Part shown: positions 61,878-64,000 of the stretch, piece after piece
Position numbering within the stretch: position 1 is the first letter of the stretch
Layout: the number at the start of each line of letters is the position of its first letter
DNA from: Felis catus
Lineage: Eukaryota
Length of the DNA: 64,000 nt
Assembly (NCBI RefSeq): GCF_018350175.1
Contig: NC_058368.1
Span: 227,914,001-227,978,000, forward strand
Direction: 5' to 3'
Made by a program: the position numbers and the translations under genes
Notes under the pieces: generated by a model
The model's database searches: none
Told to the model about the DNA's origin: nothing
The model's input: only the letters and a program-made list of their open reading frames with translations

Positions 61878-64000
61878 TCCTTTGATAAATGTTTCTGTTT
61901 TCTGTGCACGCTGGTCACCCTGCAAACACTGTTTTGCAACTTGTGAGCTCTCCCTCAGCTAAGAGAGCAGCCTGGATTTTATGTAAATTGGAACTGGAAG
62001 GTGGTAAAATGAGCATGCCCAGATCAACGTGAAGGGCAGCAAGAATGAGAGAAATGTGCAGCTCTGTTTCCGAAACACTTTTGGTGACCTCATCAAGGCA
62101 GGTGATTGCCCTAAGCCCAGGCTGATGTGGGAGGGTTTTAGCAGCTATAAAAATTTATCTGGGAAGCTGCAAGTATGGTTTCTTTGGTCACATTATTTAG
62201 AAAATATGGAGAGAAATAGACACAGACACAAAGTGTAAGGCATGCACATGGTTACATCTGTGAAATGTGCCTGGAAAGAACCTTCGATTCCTGGGGGAAG
62301 CCAGGGGTCCCCCTGCTTTTCTCCCAGGTCCAGGAAAGAGCAAGTCTGAGGCTGGTGCCAGCATTAGAAAAAGGCTGCTGGGAGTGTGGCTATTTCGAGG
62401 AATTGGTTCCCGCTGCATAAGGAATGCTAGGGGGAAGTTTACCTGTTACATTTTCTCCTTTAGTCCTGCTAATCTCTTTCCTGGCACTGAGCTCCTGTGG
62501 CTGTTTATTTATATACCTCTGTGCTGTTTGCATTTGGCTTTACTTTTTGTAGCCTTACTTTTAACCAACAGACCAAAAAAAAAAAAAAAAAAAGGCTCCA
62601 ACAACTGCTCACTCATTTCTTTATGAATAAACACCATTAGCTTCAACTTAAGAGTGAATGGCCGACCTAGGATATGCGGCTTCCCCTGACTGTTGAGTTA
62701 TTCTCCTGCCAGGAGACTAGCGTTGCACATCGTGCGTGGAGTTTGTCCTCTCCCCCCAGGGGCAGGCTCATCCCACTGCCGGCTCCCACGTGTGGTTTGG
62801 CGGCAGGGAATCTGCTGAATGAAAGCTTCCTTTTTAGCATTTACTCCTCCCTGGAAAAGATGTTTGAGTGAGGCTGGGATAGGTAGGGAAGGTGGTATCA
62901 GAAGATGATGGAGCGGTTCAGTTCTACTCAACGAGCGCACCTGCTATGTTTCAAACAGTGTGGGAAGCGCACTGGGGACCGTGACTTTTGCTTTCTTCCT
63001 CCCTTCTCCCATGTTTCCGTCTCTTCCTTTCTTCCTTTATCTCTTTTTCCGTATCTCCTTTCTTCCTTCCAGGCCTTCCTTCCCTCCCTCCCCACCTGTT
63101 CCTTCTTTTCTTCTACCATTTGTGTGGAGTGTTTTCTGGCAGGCCCTTTTCTCAAATTTTCCTTTGTGACTCTGAAGCTTCCCTAACACTCAGTACACAC
63201 GTAATGATATTTTCCCCCTTTTCTTGTGGGGACCAAATGAGACGAACAAATTGTGACTGTTGCCTGCTGCTTTCGGGTAACTTCCAGTGAGCTCAGTGCA
63301 TCTGTCTGGCAGGAGATGGGTAAATGGATAATAACCTATTGAGAGGGGACAGAGGACATGTGGTACTTGTCGGATTCCTATAAGGACTCTGTCCAAAGGC
63401 TATGCTATCTTAATAAGTCATTTAGAAGAAACCTGCCCTTGTATCTACCCTGGATGGGGTAAAAGAATGATGATTGGATTCCCATGGGCCAACATTTGGG
63501 CCTCCGAGGCGGTAATGTGGAGAGTCAGAATGTCTTTCTTTTGGGAAGTAGCTTCCAGGTAGGGCTTGGCTGTGGGATGTGGGCAAAGCCGTCCATGTCA
63601 CCCCCATGGAAATGGTTGTAGGCTTCCTTGGAATGCTTGGGCATTGCGGAAAGCACAAAATCTTACTCATGGAGGGCTGAATGCTGTGCGGGCAACTTCT
63701 GAACCTTGTGTAGCCAATTCGGCATAAAGAATAGAAGTGTGCGATACCCTGGTGTCCTGAAGTGTCCACGTTATTGTTCATTACAAAGAAACACAGGAAA
63801 GCCTAGCTCAGAGGAAGCAGTCATCACTAACTCTGGCAGTGTTCCCCCTAAGAGGGTTGACTGAGTGTCATGAACTGTGCTGGGGACTGGGGAGATGTTG
63901 GGGAAAAAATAGACCAGAGTCTTCGTCTGTGTGTGAAGCTGACAGCCTGGTGGGGAAGACAGTGTGACAGGGCATAGAAGGGGACCAGTGAGAGGTGGGA

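Noticed and set aside
62440..63120. Pyrimidine tracts and a possible acceptor (TTTTCTCCTTTAG at 62463) as exon 2 of the CpG-island gene
   Set aside because: No convincing paired donor or recognisable coding frame; treated as intron 1

Overview
Mammalian genomic DNA from a felid. The evidence is roughly 45 tRNA-derived Can-SINEs, including five near-identical young SINEC_Fc-type copies. About the first 59 kb is repeat-dense intergenic or intronic sequence: Can-SINEs, old L1, L2 and MIR fragments, MaLR/ERVL LTRs, hAT and Tigger DNA-transposon fossils, and microsatellites. It contains no recognisable protein-coding exon, and the ORF track appears to be repeat- or GC-derived noise. The one clear genic element is a CpG-island promoter at about 59.2-59.8 kb. 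It has a GC box, a near-perfect RFX X-box, a forkhead-like site and a probable tiny first coding exon (ATG GAC AAA CCG|gtaggc, MDKP) of a + strand gene that I cannot name. I found no evidence for a novel multi-gene system. The best leads are: an ERV solo LTR inserted inside a SINE, with candidate downstream exons; a CpG-retaining domain at 18.7-21.9 kb with a second X-box; a candidate ETS mini-promoter with an in-frame exon pair at 13.9 and 15.9 kb; and several signatures of serial retroposition and template switching. Repeat family names come from recalled consensus sequences, not a database search, and repeat boundaries are approximate.
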